NCBI GenBank assembly: GCA_017421915.1
Contig: JAFOHG010000006.1
Coordinates: forward strand, 1 to 62,253
From: Cellulosilyticum sp.
GTDB taxonomy: Bacteria > Bacillota > Clostridia > Lachnospirales > Cellulosilyticaceae
Direction of reading: 5' to 3'
Length of the DNA stretch: 62,253 nt
Shown here: positions 11,010 through 20,998 of the stretch, piece by piece
How the letters are laid out: every line of letters begins with the position of its first letter
Position numbering within the stretch: the first letter of the stretch is position 1
The notes under the pieces: model-generated
What the model was told of the DNA's origin: nothing
Databases searched by the model: none
Seen by the model: only the letters and a program-made list of their open reading frames with translations
Position numbers and translations under genes: made by a program

Positions 11010-11969
11010 TTATGTGGTACTGTTTTCTTCACTAATATAACGCTCACTTCTTTCAAAAGTTTTTGGCAAATCAATACCAGAAGTAAATGCTACTTCTTCT
11101 TGTCCATCAATAGAAATAATAACTTTCTTAACTTGAGGTAACTCTGTTAATGAATTTACTATAGAATAGATCATTAATGTCCTTGTATAATCATCTTTAA
11201 AGAATTTATCTTTAGGATCGAATGATAAATCAATCTGACAGACTCCATTTAAAGTATCTACTGTATTTACTTTTGTATTCTTAGGTACTGTTGGTAATAA
11301 TTCATCCGACTTTGGCCCTTGTATAATCTCTTCAATGACCAATTTCTCTTCTTTACTAGAATTACTTACAATAATACTGTGCATTTCCTTTTGAAGTTTT
11401 CCCTCTTTATTAGCAAAATAAACATTTAATACATAAGGTTTTGTTGCTGGACTTGGAACTAATGCGTCTTTATTAATATCACTTCTATAAACAACCCCTA
11501 CCAACTTTCCTGTAGCTGTAGATAATGGCGTTTGCTCTACATAAAAATCCACACCATCTATAAATTCAAGTTCTGTAAGTGAATATACTATAGATGCACG
11601 CATCCCAATCTTTTGCTGTGGTGTTAATTCATTATATTCACTCGTAAAATCTACTTTCACCACACGCTCCTTTGTATTAATACTTGTTGTATCATTTTCT
11701 ATTGGCATCTTTGGTCCTAGTTGCAATGAAGTTAAAAGCGTTGTTTTATTTTCCTTTAATCTTGAAATAATATACTCCACCTTTTCTTGTTCTGAATGGA
11801 GCTTTGTGAATTCTAAAGGTAATACTTCACCAACTAATTCGTTTTTAGAGGCATCAAAAAAGTAAATTTGCATCTCATTATTATAATTAACTGACTCTTT
11901 TTGACATCCTACAAAACTAATTGCTAAAACCACGCATAAAAAGATATACACTATTTTTTGAAATCTCAT
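11010..11969 (-). CDS. Lipoprotein with two GerMN domains
   Basis: Lipobox ISFVGC; two repeats ending SIVYSLTEL and SIVNSLTELPQVKKVIISIDG. Confidence 0.85.
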   Translation of the reverse strand: MRFQKIVYIFLCVVLAISFVGCQKESVNYNNEMQIYFFDASKNELVGEVLPLEFTKLHSEQEKVEYIISRLKENKTTLLTSLQLGPKMPIENDTTSINTKERVVKVDFTSEYNELTPQQKIGMRASIVYSLTELEFIDGVDFYVEQTPLSTATGKLVGVVYRSDINKDALVPSPATKPYVLNVYFANKEGKLQKEMHSIIVSNSSKEEKLVIEEIIQGPKSDELLPTVPKNTKVNTVDTLNGVCQIDLSFDPKDKFFKDDYTRTLMIYSIVNSLTELPQVKKVIISIDGQEEVAFTSGIDLPKTFERSERYISEENSTT

Positions 11970-13396
11970 ATCTTTGTCCCTCCTTCCCAGATATGTCTCA
12001 AAGGAATTTGGACACTAAATATTGAACCTTTACCTTCTTCACTTTCAACAACAATGGAACCATTATGCATAATAATTGTTTTATAAGTAATCGCTAGTCC
12101 TAAACCAGTACCACCTGTTTCTCTATTACGGGTTTTATCTGTACGATAGAACCTTTCAAAGATTTTAGATTGCTCTTCTTTGGCAATCCCTATTCCTGTA
12201 TCTTCTACTGTAATAAATGCGTCTTGTAAATCTCCTTGTAAAATGACATTTACATTACCACCTTCTGATGTATATTTAATAGCATTTTCAACAAGATTAG
12301 TCAGTGCTAAACTAAACTTTACCTCATCTATATCCGCTACAATCTCTCGATGGCTCTCATAAACTAAATTAATCTTCTTTTTCTTTGCTAGTGGCGCTAA
12401 TCTTTTTAATATATTTTGAATTAAATCACCCAAATTAATCTGCACGATGTTTAATGGTACTTCTCTTTGATCTAAACGGACTAATGTTAATAAATCTGAA
12501 ATAATACTATTTAAGCGGTCTACTTCTGAATTAATATCCTCAAAGAATTCTTTATAAAGCTCCACAGGCACATCTTCTTGAAACATTAATGATTCAGTTA
12601 GTACCTTAATGGAAGAAAGAGGTGTCTTAAGTTCATGAGATACATTAGATACAAACTCTTGCCTTGATTGTTCCACTCGTTGTAGTTGTTTAGTCATATG
12701 ATTAAATGCGTTACCTAATTCTGCAATTTCACCATTACCTACAACATCTACCTTTTGGTCTAGTTGCCCATTTGTAATCTTTTGTACAAATTTCATTAAC
12801 GTTTTAAGTGGTTTTGTAATAAAGGATGATGTGATAAAACTTAATAACCCAGAAATTAATGCAATAAGTAAAGTTAAGATACTTACTTGATCTTTTAAGT
12901 CCTCTATTGGGGCAAATACGCCATCCAAAGCAGATACCATCACAACTGCACCTACCACATCTTTCTTCTCTTTATCCATTACAGGTACTGCCACAGTTAG
13001 CGACATATATTCATCTGATTTTTCAGTTTTAGAAGTATTACTAAGTGCACTAAGTACCGCATTATTCATTAAAGTCTTTTCAATATCTGCATTACTAGAG
13101 TCCATCACTACAAATCCAGATGCATCTACCACCATAACACGACAATTTGTATCCATGCTTTTAGCATTAATCAGTGTCCTAAATAGACTTTCATTACTAC
13201 TATCTACTAAATAATCTTGTTCTTTTATCTGAGTGGCAATCATATTTGCCTGTGTAAGCCAGGTCGATTCATTTTGACTTAAATAGTAAGTTTCCATTCT
13301 TTCAAATAATACAGATGAATAAAACATTAAAGGAATATAACTAATTAAGAAAATCAAAATAAAGAGCTGCCATCTTAGGCTATGAAACCACTTCAT
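11966..13396 (-). CDS. Membrane sensor histidine kinase (2 TM, HAMP, HisKA, HATPase; WalK/MtrB-like)
   Basis: FVSNVSHELKTPL, NLVENAIKY, DTGIGI, FERFYR, GGTGLGL. Confidence 0.95.
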   Translation of the reverse strand: MKWFHSLRWQLFILIFLISYIPLMFYSSVLFERMETYYLSQNESTWLTQANMIATQIKEQDYLVDSSNESLFRTLINAKSMDTNCRVMVVDASGFVVMDSSNADIEKTLMNNAVLSALSNTSKTEKSDEYMSLTVAVPVMDKEKKDVVGAVVMVSALDGVFAPIEDLKDQVSILTLLIALISGLLSFITSSFITKPLKTLMKFVQKITNGQLDQKVDVVGNGEIAELGNAFNHMTKQLQRVEQSRQEFVSNVSHELKTPLSSIKVLTESLMFQEDVPVELYKEFFEDINSEVDRLNSIISDLLTLVRLDQREVPLNIVQINLGDLIQNILKRLAPLAKKKKINLVYESHREIVADIDEVKFSLALTNLVENAIKYTSEGGNVNVILQGDLQDAFITVEDTGIGIAKEEQSKIFERFYRTDKTRNRETGGTGLGLAITYKTIIMHNGSIVVESEEGKGSIFSVQIPLRHIWEGGTKI

Positions 13397-13397
13397 C

Positions 13398-14084
13398 TTA
13401 ATCTTTAAAATAATAACCTACCCCCCATTTTGTATAAATATATTCTGGTTGTCCTGGATTAGGTTCAATTTTTTCTCTTAATCTACGCACATGTACATCC
13501 ACTGTTCTTACATCTCCTGGATATTCTTTACCCCAAATCGTATTAAGAAGCTGATCACGACTATAGACCTTTCCTGGGTGTGTTGCAAATAGTTCAAGCA
13601 TATCAAATTCTTTAGCTGTTAGATTCATCTCATGATTCTTGATAAATACACGTCTACTATTCATTTCTAGTCTTAAATCACCTACTTCAATACTTTTCTT
13701 TTGAGGTGTTTTATCTACATGCTGAGAGCGTCTTAAAATTGCTTTAATTCTAGCTTTTAGCTCTAAAATATTAAATGGCTTTGTAACATAGTCATCTGCC
13801 CCATATTCTAGACCCATAATTTTATCCATGTCCTCACCTTTAGCAGTAAGCATAATAATAGGTAAGTTTGAAAATTCTCTCACTAACTGACATACCTCAA
13901 GTCCATCATATTTTGGCAACATAACATCTAAAATCATTGCATCATACTTATTATTTTTAACACTATTTAGTGCTTCTTCACCATCATAAGCTGTATCAAC
14001 CATCCAACCTTCTTGTTCTAAACTAAACTTAATTCCTTTTACAATAAGCTTCTCATCATCTACCACAAGTATTCTACTGTTCAT
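13398..14084 (-). CDS. OmpR/PhoB-family response regulator
   Basis: ILVVDDE, LDVMLP, GADDYVTKPF, RTVDVHVRRLREKIE, TKWGVGY. Confidence 0.96.
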   Translation of the reverse strand: MNSRILVVDDEKLIVKGIKFSLEQEGWMVDTAYDGEEALNSVKNNKYDAMILDVMLPKYDGLEVCQLVREFSNLPIIMLTAKGEDMDKIMGLEYGADDYVTKPFNILELKARIKAILRRSQHVDKTPQKKSIEVGDLRLEMNSRRVFIKNHEMNLTAKEFDMLELFATHPGKVYSRDQLLNTIWGKEYPGDVRTVDVHVRRLREKIEPNPGQPEYIYTKWGVGYYFKD

Positions 14085-14104
14085 TTACTCTCCTCCTCTT
14101 TTCT

Positions 14105-14920
14105 TTACTCTGTCGTAATGAACTGTTTAATTTTGTCAAATGTCTTCTTCCCTATACCTGAAATTTGCATCATCTCATCAATTGACTCAAATGCACCATT
14201 TTCTTGTCTATAAACAATAATCGCCTCAGCTTTTACTTCACCTACACCATTTAATGTCATAAGCTCTTCTTTTGTTGCAGTATTAATATTAATAAGCTTA
14301 TTCTGACTATCAGCAGAGGCACTTTTTGAAGGCTGAGAAGTTAATTGAGAACTAGGAAGAGTTTCTATCCTTTCTCTATTTTCATACGAATCCAGCGATT
14401 TGTCAAATTCTTCACCTTGCTTAGGAATAATTATTTTTTCATTTGGCACAATAGGACTAGCCAAATTAATAGCTGTGGCATCCGCCTGTCTTGTCATGCC
14501 ACCTGAACATATGATGACATCATTAATGATTGCATTTGTAGAAACATAATATACTCCCGGATTTAAGACCTCTCCACAAATATAAATAGGTACTTCTTTT
14601 GGCTCTTGGGCTTGCACTAAAGTAATATCCTCTTTGGTAGCTTCCTTAGGTGTTTCACTTTGTACAATATCTACATTCTCCTCTAGCTGTTTTTCATTAT
14701 TATTACAGCCATCTACTTTAACAACTTCTTGACTTTGAGTTACTTCCTGACTATTAGTAGTTTCTTTGCTTTGAGTAATTTCCTTGCTGTCAGCAGTTTG
14801 TTCCTCTATACAAAACTGATTATTAGACTGCTGCTTACTATACAAACTCCATCCTATATTTAAAACTATGATACAAATAATCATTATAATCCATTTATAT
14901 TGCATTACTTTTTCTTTCAT
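14105..14920 (-). CDS. comEA: Competence DNA receptor ComEA (TM, SLBB, HhH)
   Basis: ICGEVLNPGVY, AINLA, ININTATKEELMTLNGVGEVKAEAII, SGIGKKTF. Confidence 0.93.
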   Translation of the reverse strand: MKEKVMQYKWIIMIICIIVLNIGWSLYSKQQSNNQFCIEEQTADSKEITQSKETTNSQEVTQSQEVVKVDGCNNNEKQLEENVDIVQSETPKEATKEDITLVQAQEPKEVPIYICGEVLNPGVYYVSTNAIINDVIICSGGMTRQADATAINLASPIVPNEKIIIPKQGEEFDKSLDSYENRERIETLPSSQLTSQPSKSASADSQNKLININTATKEELMTLNGVGEVKAEAIIVYRQENGAFESIDEMMQISGIGKKTFDKIKQFITTE

Positions 14921-15030
14921 TTCATCACCTTCCAGTTAACAGTCTTAACATTTTTTTCTTAAATTAGACGAATACCTTATCAATTATTCTAAAATCTGTT
15001 ATACTATTTGGGACTGAAAGGAGTTTTCAT

Positions 15031-16338
15031 ATGAAACCAAAACAATGGCTAAGTTTATTTTTTAGTTTATTATTAACCGTGACACTACTGCCGAGTTATA
15101 TCAAAGCAGAAGAAATCACACAGCCAACTATTGCTGCTGAAGCAGCTATTTTAATGGATGCGAATACAAAAACCATTTTATATGAAAAAAATGCACACGA
15201 GACCCATTATCCAGCAAGCATTACTAAACTCATGACAGCATTACTTGCTATTGAAAATTTATCACCACAAGAGCAAATCACTTTTTCTAGAAATGCTGTT
15301 TATAGCATTGAGCCAGGCAGTAGCCATATTGGTATTAAGGATGGGGAGATCTTAACAGTGGATCAAGCCTTACATGGGCTTTTACTCATGTCTGCTAATG
15401 AGGTTGCTAATGGACTTGCTGAAGCTGTAAGTGGCTCATTAGAGGATTTTTCTATTCGTATGACAGAACGCGCCAAGGAATTAGGCGCACTTAATACGCA
15501 TTTTGTTAATGCACACGGATTACATGATAAAAATCATTATACCACTGCCTATGATATGGCATTAATAGGAAGTTACTTAGCTCAAAACGAATACTTTTTG
15601 AGCATTATGCAAGATGTTAGCTATGAGATTCCTATGACAAACATTACAAATGAAACACGCCCACTTTATCAACAGCATTATATGTTGAATCCTAATCGAA
15701 ATGGAAAACTATACCGTGAAGATGTTATTGGAGGAAAAACAGGTTATACTGACCAAGCTAGACACACTTTAGTTACTATGGCCAAACAAGGTGATACTAC
15801 ATTAGTAGCTGTTATTCTTCAATCTGAAAAATCTACATTATATACAGATACTGCTGCTCTTTTAGATTATGGTTTTGCATCCTATCAAACCCTTGATTTA
15901 CATACAGCAGATGAAATTCTTAAAACATTACCTGGCTATTCAGTAAAAAGTGGACAAGCCTACCAAAGTGTCAATTATGGATTAGGTCTTGCCGAGGATA
16001 CTTCAGTAATTGTTTTAAATACAGTTTCTCCTGATGATATCATACTTAATTTTGATTTGCCTGAGTCATTAGATAATACTTATAAGGTTGGCGATACTAT
16101 AGGAACGGTTTCCTTTGTTTTAAATGGTCAAACATTAAATTCAGGTGAATTAGTTATTAAACAACTCGAGATATTACCTGAACCTGCTTTTTCTATTTCA
16201 AGTTTAATGAACCTATCTACAAATAAGTTATTCATTATTGGTGGTGTCGTGTTCATTATACTTCTTCTATTTATTTTCATATTACGAAAAAAACATCTTA
16301 AAAATAAATATAAAAAAGTCGGCAAATTTTTCAAGTAA
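15031..16338 (+). CDS. D-alanyl-D-alanine carboxypeptidase (peptidase S11) with C-terminal membrane anchor
   Basis: Signal peptide; SxxK (ASITK), SAN, KTG (GKTGYT); C-terminal TM and basic tail. Confidence 0.93.
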   Translation: MKPKQWLSLFFSLLLTVTLLPSYIKAEEITQPTIAAEAAILMDANTKTILYEKNAHETHYPASITKLMTALLAIENLSPQEQITFSRNAVYSIEPGSSHIGIKDGEILTVDQALHGLLLMSANEVANGLAEAVSGSLEDFSIRMTERAKELGALNTHFVNAHGLHDKNHYTTAYDMALIGSYLAQNEYFLSIMQDVSYEIPMTNITNETRPLYQQHYMLNPNRNGKLYREDVIGGKTGYTDQARHTLVTMAKQGDTTLVAVILQSEKSTLYTDTAALLDYGFASYQTLDLHTADEILKTLPGYSVKSGQAYQSVNYGLGLAEDTSVIVLNTVSPDDIILNFDLPESLDNTYKVGDTIGTVSFVLNGQTLNSGELVIKQLEILPEPAFSISSLMNLSTNKLFIIGGVVFIILLLFIFILRKKHLKNKYKKVGKFFK

Positions 16339-16367
16339 TTTATACAAAATACTTACCTATTTAAAGC

Positions 16368-16399
16368 AAAAACGAGGATGATTATTCATCCTCGTTTTT
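16368..16399. terminator. Bidirectional terminator overlapping the rsfS 3' end
   Basis: aaaaacgaggatga-ttat-tcatcctcgttttt. Confidence 0.8.
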
Positions 16400-16747
16400 A
16401 TTATCAAACTCTATTACATTCGCATCTTTCCATAAGCGACTAAGTCCATAAAACTGTGCATTTTCTTGTTCTAATATATGAACTATAACCTGTCCATAAT
16501 CTAACAAAATCCACTGAGCCGTTTGATATCCTTCTTTATGAATAGGATACTCTCCTAATTTAGCCAATAACTCCTCTACTTCATCTGCCATAGCCTGAGT
16601 TTGTCTGATATTTGAAGCCACTGCAATAATAAATAAATCTGTTAGTGGTGTAAGCTCATGTACATCTAGTACTTCAACATTAACAGCCTTCTTATTTTGT
16701 ATTGCTTTAACAATATTTTCTCCAAGTGTATAAGTTGTTGTATTCAA
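16382..16747 (-). CDS. rsfS: Ribosome silencing factor RsfS (Iojap)
   Basis: KKAVNVEVLDV, WILLDYGQVIVHI, FYGLSRLW; TTG start. Confidence 0.94.
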   Translation of the reverse strand: MNTTTYTLGENIVKAIQNKKAVNVEVLDVHELTPLTDLFIIAVASNIRQTQAMADEVEELLAKLGEYPIHKEGYQTAQWILLDYGQVIVHILEQENAQFYGLSRLWKDANVIEFDNKNEDE

Positions 16748-16810
16748 TTTTTAAAATTCCCCCTTTTATTCCATTCTGCTAAGTTGTGAAATCATCAAGT
16801 AGTTATATTA

Positions 16811-18034
16811 TTAATGCTCTGATATATCAAATTGCTTATAATATGCAATCAGCTCATTAATAATAGGATGCGCTTCTTGCTTAAGAATATTCGTTATATA
16901 ATTATACGATGAAACAAGTGCTTTATACATGGCACGATCTAAGTTATATTGCGCTAGATGTTTAATTTCTTCTTTTCCTTTATAAGAACTTCTTCCTTCT
17001 TCTGTCATATCTGCTAAGTAAATTACTTTTTCTAAATCAGTCATGTTTAATCTACCTAACGTATGATATTTAATTGCATTCAATATAGAAGGCTTTGATA
17101 TTCCCCAATCTCTTTGTAAAATAACAGCCCCAATCTTTCCATGAGCTAAATGAATATGTGTACGTTCATAATCGTCTAACTCAATTTCATATTTTTCACA
17201 AAGCGCTAAACTTTCTTTTGGTGTAATTTCTTTAGCAATATCATGAAAAAGTGCTGCAATAAATGTTTCACCATAATCAATTCCATTAAGCTTAGCATAC
17301 TCTAATGCCATTTCAACAACCCCACGTGTATGTGCATAACGTTTAGGTGATAGTTTAGAAGCAACATAATCATACATACAAGCTTTTTCATCTTCTGTTA
17401 AATGAATTTTATAATCATAAAGTGCATGCTTTTTAATATAATTTTCAACTTCTTGTGGTACCAAATATTTAATAGGTTTCATCTCCATTAATCGCTTACG
17501 AATATCAGATGAAGATATTGCTAAAGCTGGAACTTCTAAAAAATGAATGTTGGTTTCATATTTTTCATTGATTTCTTTTACTTTACGCATTAAATCTTCT
17601 TTATTATATCCAGGTCTAGTTACAGCCACAAAATCACAAAGCTGTAAAAGCTCTGCTGATTCTTTCCAGCCTAATATTTTATGAACTGCATCTGCTCCTG
17701 TAATAAAGTAAAGTGATACATCTTCACCATAAATACGTTTTAATTCCTTAATCGTATCTATTGTATAAGTTACACCCTCACGCTCAATCTCAATTCGAGA
17801 CACCTTAAAATAAGGATTTGCAGCAGTTGCAAGTACCGTCATTAAATAACGATGTTCACATGTAGTCATATTAATATGAGATTTGTGTGGTGGGTGACCT
17901 GTTGGGACAAAAAGTACTTCATCTACATTAAATTCATGCCTTACTTCTTCAGCCGTTACTAGATGCCCCATATGTATAGGGTCGAAAGTTCCACCCATAA
18001 TGGCTAATTTCCTTATTCTATTTTTTTTATTCAT
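16811..18034 (-). CDS. nadD: Fusion of nicotinate-nucleotide adenylyltransferase NadD and YqeK-type HD-domain Ap4A hydrolase
   Basis: N-half [25 protein letters not shown]; C-half [37 protein letters not shown]; start at MNKKNR after AGGAG. Confidence 0.92.
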   Translation of the reverse strand: MNKKNRIRKLAIMGGTFDPIHMGHLVTAEEVRHEFNVDEVLFVPTGHPPHKSHINMTTCEHRYLMTVLATAANPYFKVSRIEIEREGVTYTIDTIKELKRIYGEDVSLYFITGADAVHKILGWKESAELLQLCDFVAVTRPGYNKEDLMRKVKEINEKYETNIHFLEVPALAISSSDIRKRLMEMKPIKYLVPQEVENYIKKHALYDYKIHLTEDEKACMYDYVASKLSPKRYAHTRGVVEMALEYAKLNGIDYGETFIAALFHDIAKEITPKESLALCEKYEIELDDYERTHIHLAHGKIGAVILQRDWGISKPSILNAIKYHTLGRLNMTDLEKVIYLADMTEEGRSSYKGKEEIKHLAQYNLDRAMYKALVSSYNYITNILKQEAHPIINELIAYYKQFDISEH

Positions 18035-18130
18035 AAATGCTCTCCTTGCACAGAATTCAATATCTCTTTTATTATACCCCATTTCCTCTGAAATTAAATA
18101 AAAAATCGTGATATCTTACTAAATACATCC

Positions 18131-18177
18131 ATAATAAAAAGGCACTAATGCAATATGCACAAGTGCCTTTTTATTAT
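18131..18177 (-). terminator. Terminator after yhbY
   Basis: ataataaaaaggcact...agtgcctttttattat. Confidence 0.75.
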
Positions 18178-18473
18178 TCTGATAAAGTAATCTTAGGATT
18201 CTTTTTAGCTGGTTTATAAAGAATAATCTTTTTACCAATAACTTGTACTACTACAGACTTTGTACGGTCTGCTAAACGTCCTGCCATATCTCTTGGGTCT
18301 TCAAGACAATTTTGTAATACACTAATTTTAATTAATTCTCTTGCATCTAAAGCTTGACCCACTGCTTCTGTTACTTCTGGTGTTAAACCATTTTTACCAA
18401 GTTGAAAAATAGGATCTATCTTTTGTGCTAAAGATTTTAAATAGGCTCTTTGTTTACTTGTAAGTTCCATCAT
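18174..18473 (-). CDS. yhbY: CRM-domain ribosome assembly RNA-binding protein YhbY
   Basis: LTSKQRAYLKSLA, QLGKNG, RELIKI, VQVIG. Confidence 0.95.
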   Translation of the reverse strand: MMELTSKQRAYLKSLAQKIDPIFQLGKNGLTPEVTEAVGQALDARELIKISVLQNCLEDPRDMAGRLADRTKSVVVQVIGKKIILYKPAKKNPKITLSE

Positions 18474-18506
18474 ATGCCCTCCTTTTATCATTCCATTGAA
18501 ATTATA

Positions 18507-19784
18507 TTATTTGTAGTAATCAAATTCTAAGTCATAAATATTAACTGTATCACCCTCTTGGATGCCTGCATCCTCAAGTGCTTTAATAATACCTTTTTCA
18601 CGTAAATAACGTTGGAAGAATGCAAATCCTTGCTCAGTATCAATAGCAGTATATCCAATCATTCTTCTAATACCTTCACCTTCTACTACGAAGTAACCTT
18701 CGTGTGGCTGAGTGACTGTATATGGTTCATTTGGCATTGTACTAATTTCTTCAAACTCAGGTTCAAATACAACAATGTCTGTTGGAATTTGTTCAAGTAA
18801 TTCTGCTACTTCTTTTAAAAGTTCTTGTAAATTATCATTTGCTGCTGCAGAAATAGGAATGACTTTAATTCCTTTTGGCTCAAATTCTGCTTTTAAAGCT
18901 GCTAAGTTTTCTTCATGGCCACCTACATCCACTTTATTAGCTGCAATAACTTGTGGTTTATCTCGTAAGATATCAGGATTAAATAGCTCAATTTCTTTTT
19001 GAATTGCATAAATATCCTCAATAGGATTTCTACCTTCTGTACCAGCTACGTCTACTACATGTACAAGTACTTTTGTACGTTCTACGTGACGTAAGAAGTC
19101 ATGTCCTAAACCAATACCTTCAGATGCGCCTTCAATAATACCTGGGATATCTGCCATAACAAATTGTTTACCATAGTTATTACTTACAACACCTAAATTT
19201 GGTGCAAGCGTTGTGAAATGGTAATTTGCAATTTTAGGTTGTGCATTACTTACCATAGAAAGTAATGTAGATTTACCAACATTAGGGAATCCCACTAAAC
19301 CTACATCTGCAATCATTTTTAATTCTAGAATAAGCCAGTATTCTTTAGCTGGTCTTCCTTTTTCTGCATAACGAGGTGCTTGTCTAGTTGGTGTTGCAAA
19401 GTGTTGATTTCCTTTCCCACCTTTTCCACCTCTAAAGATAATCTCTTTTTGCCCTGGTCTATGCATATCTGCAATAACATGATTTGTTTCTGCTTCTCTA
19501 ATAACTGTCCCTAATGGTACTTTAATAACAAGATCTGGAGCATCTTTACCATGACAGCGTTTTTTTCCACCTTCTTCTCCATCTTGTGCTTTATAATGAC
19601 GTTTATGTCTAAAGTTCATTAATGTATTACAACCTGGATCTACTTCAAAGATGATATGACCTCCACGTCCACCATCTCCACCATCTGGTCCACCATTTGG
19701 AACATATTTTTCACGTCTAAATGAAACATGGCCATCGCCACCTTTACCCGATCTCACAAATATTTTTACTTTATCTACAAACAT
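18507..19784 (-). CDS. obgE: GTPase ObgE
   Basis: FRREKYVPNGGPDGGDGG, GFPNVGKSTL, ADIPG, NKVD. Confidence 0.99.
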   Translation of the reverse strand: MFVDKVKIFVRSGKGGDGHVSFRREKYVPNGGPDGGDGGRGGHIIFEVDPGCNTLMNFRHKRHYKAQDGEEGGKKRCHGKDAPDLVIKVPLGTVIREAETNHVIADMHRPGQKEIIFRGGKGGKGNQHFATPTRQAPRYAEKGRPAKEYWLILELKMIADVGLVGFPNVGKSTLLSMVSNAQPKIANYHFTTLAPNLGVVSNNYGKQFVMADIPGIIEGASEGIGLGHDFLRHVERTKVLVHVVDVAGTEGRNPIEDIYAIQKEIELFNPDILRDKPQVIAANKVDVGGHEENLAALKAEFEPKGIKVIPISAAANDNLQELLKEVAELLEQIPTDIVVFEPEFEEISTMPNEPYTVTQPHEGYFVVEGEGIRRMIGYTAIDTEQGFAFFQRYLREKGIIKALEDAGIQEGDTVNIYDLEFDYYK

Positions 19785-19877
19785 GTTGTCACTCCCTTCC
19801 TATCTATAGTTTGTACAACAAATATGTTTTTTTTACGAGTTTCTCATATTTTATATCAAATTGTTTTTGTATACAGC

Positions 19878-19909
19878 AAAAGAAGGTTTCAACTAGTGCT
19901 GAAACCTTC
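19878..19909 (-). terminator. Terminator after rpmA
   Basis: gaaggtttca...tgaaaccttc plus U-run on minus strand. Confidence 0.75.
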
Positions 19910-19919
19910 CCCAATTAAA

Positions 19920-20210
19920 TTATGCTTCTTGTGCAACTGGATAAACAGAAACTTGTTTTCTGTCTCTACCTTTACGTTCAAATTTAACTGTACCATCTAC
20001 TAAAGCGAATAATGTATCATCGCCACCGCGACCTACGTTATTACCTGGATGAATTTTAGTTCCTCTTTGACGATATAAAATGTTCCCAGCTTTTACAAAT
20101 TGTCCATCTGCTCTTTTAGCACCAAGACGTTTTGATTCTGAGTCACGACCGTTACTAGTTGAACCTTGTCCTTTTTTATGAGCAAAGAATTGAAGGTTTA
20201 AACGAAACAT
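19920..20210 (-). CDS. rpmA: 50S ribosomal protein L27 with Prp-cleaved N-terminal extension
   Basis: [30 protein letters not shown]; ATG at 20210 after AAGGAGGTG. Confidence 0.98.
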   Translation of the reverse strand: MFRLNLQFFAHKKGQGSTSNGRDSESKRLGAKRADGQFVKAGNILYRQRGTKIHPGNNVGRGGDDTLFALVDGTVKFERKGRDRKQVSVYPVAQEA

Positions 20211-20223
20211 GTAACTCACCTCC

Positions 20224-20559
20224 TTATTTTTTTAGAATTTGAATGTATTTTTCTCCGTACATTTCTTTTGTATCTATAAGACCTAAAATTAATGTTCTTA
20301 TAAGTAATTCAGCTTCTGGTTCAAACTCACCAGACTTACGTCTAGGGAATTCTACATCAATAAGCCCTTTTTCTTCACTATAAGCTAATTGTTTAATTGG
20401 CTCATCTGTGAACTTTTCAATAGCATTGAGTGTATTAAGGGTTAGCATGCTAACAGCCGCACACACAATGTCACTTCCATGCTCTGCATAACCTGCATGT
20501 CCTTCATAATGAAGACGGTAAACATGGTTATCTTTTTGATAAAGAGTCACCTTAATCAT
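20224..20559 (-). CDS. prp: Ribosomal-processing cysteine protease Prp (YsxB)
   Basis: GHAGYA...DIVCAAVS; lies between rplU and rpmA. Confidence 0.95.
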   Translation of the reverse strand: MIKVTLYQKDNHVYRLHYEGHAGYAEHGSDIVCAAVSMLTLNTLNAIEKFTDEPIKQLAYSEEKGLIDVEFPRRKSGEFEPEAELLIRTLILGLIDTKEMYGEKYIQILKK

Positions 20560-20564
20560 AATAA

Positions 20565-20876
20565 TTAAGCATTGATAGCTTTAATTGTTACTTTTGTGAA
20601 AGGTTGACGGTGACCACGTTTTTTGTGGTAAGATTTTTTAGCTTTGTATTTGTATACGATGATTTTTTTACCTTTACCTTCAGCTACAACTTCAGCTTTA
20701 ACTGAAGCACCAGCTACTAAAGGAGCACCTACAGTGATGCTTTCTTCGTTACCTACTGCTAAAACATTTTCAAAAACAACTTCTTCACCAGCAGCAACAT
20801 TTAATTTTTCAACAACGATAACGTCGCCTTCTTTTACATTATATTGTTTGCCACCTGTTTCAATAATTGCGTACAT
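20565..20876 (-). CDS. rplU: 50S ribosomal protein L21
   Basis: [12 protein letters not shown]...GHRQPFT. Confidence 0.99.
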   Translation of the reverse strand: MYAIIETGGKQYNVKEGDVIVVEKLNVAAGEEVVFENVLAVGNEESITVGAPLVAGASVKAEVVAEGKGKKIIVYKYKAKKSYHKKRGHRQPFTKVTIKAINA

Positions 20877-20884
20877 GTGTACAC

Positions 20885-20955
20885 CTCCTTATTCCGAAAA
20901 CTCGCCGAATACGGTACTTTAATTACATTAAAGTTTAGACCTCTTCGTGCGGCTT
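20885..20955 (-). ncRNA. L21 leader (ribosomal protein leader RNA)
   Basis: GCCGCACGAAGAGGT...ACCGTATTCGGCGAGT directly upstream of rplU, resembling the Firmicutes L21 leader. Confidence 0.8.
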
Positions 20956-20967
20956 AAACACTATAGT

Positions 20968-20996
20968 ATAATAGCATAGTGCTATGTGTATGTCAA
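20968..20996 (-). promoter_or_regulatory. SigA promoter of rplU-prp-rpmA
   Basis: TTGACA-17 bp-TATTAT with TG extension. Confidence 0.8.
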
Positions 20997-20998
20997 TG

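Noticed and set aside
11009-11074. Extended N-termini in the ORF track (comEC; also tyrS, nadD, serC, grpE, mreD, rng)
   Set aside because: Better RBS-supported downstream starts exist; the extensions overlap neighbouring genes or leaders
19785-19919. Absence of spo0B between rpmA and obg
   Set aside because: Expected in Clostridia, which generally lack the Bacillus phosphorelay
19920-20559. L27 N-terminal extension plus adjacent protease
   Set aside because: Established Firmicutes Prp-L27 processing system; not novel
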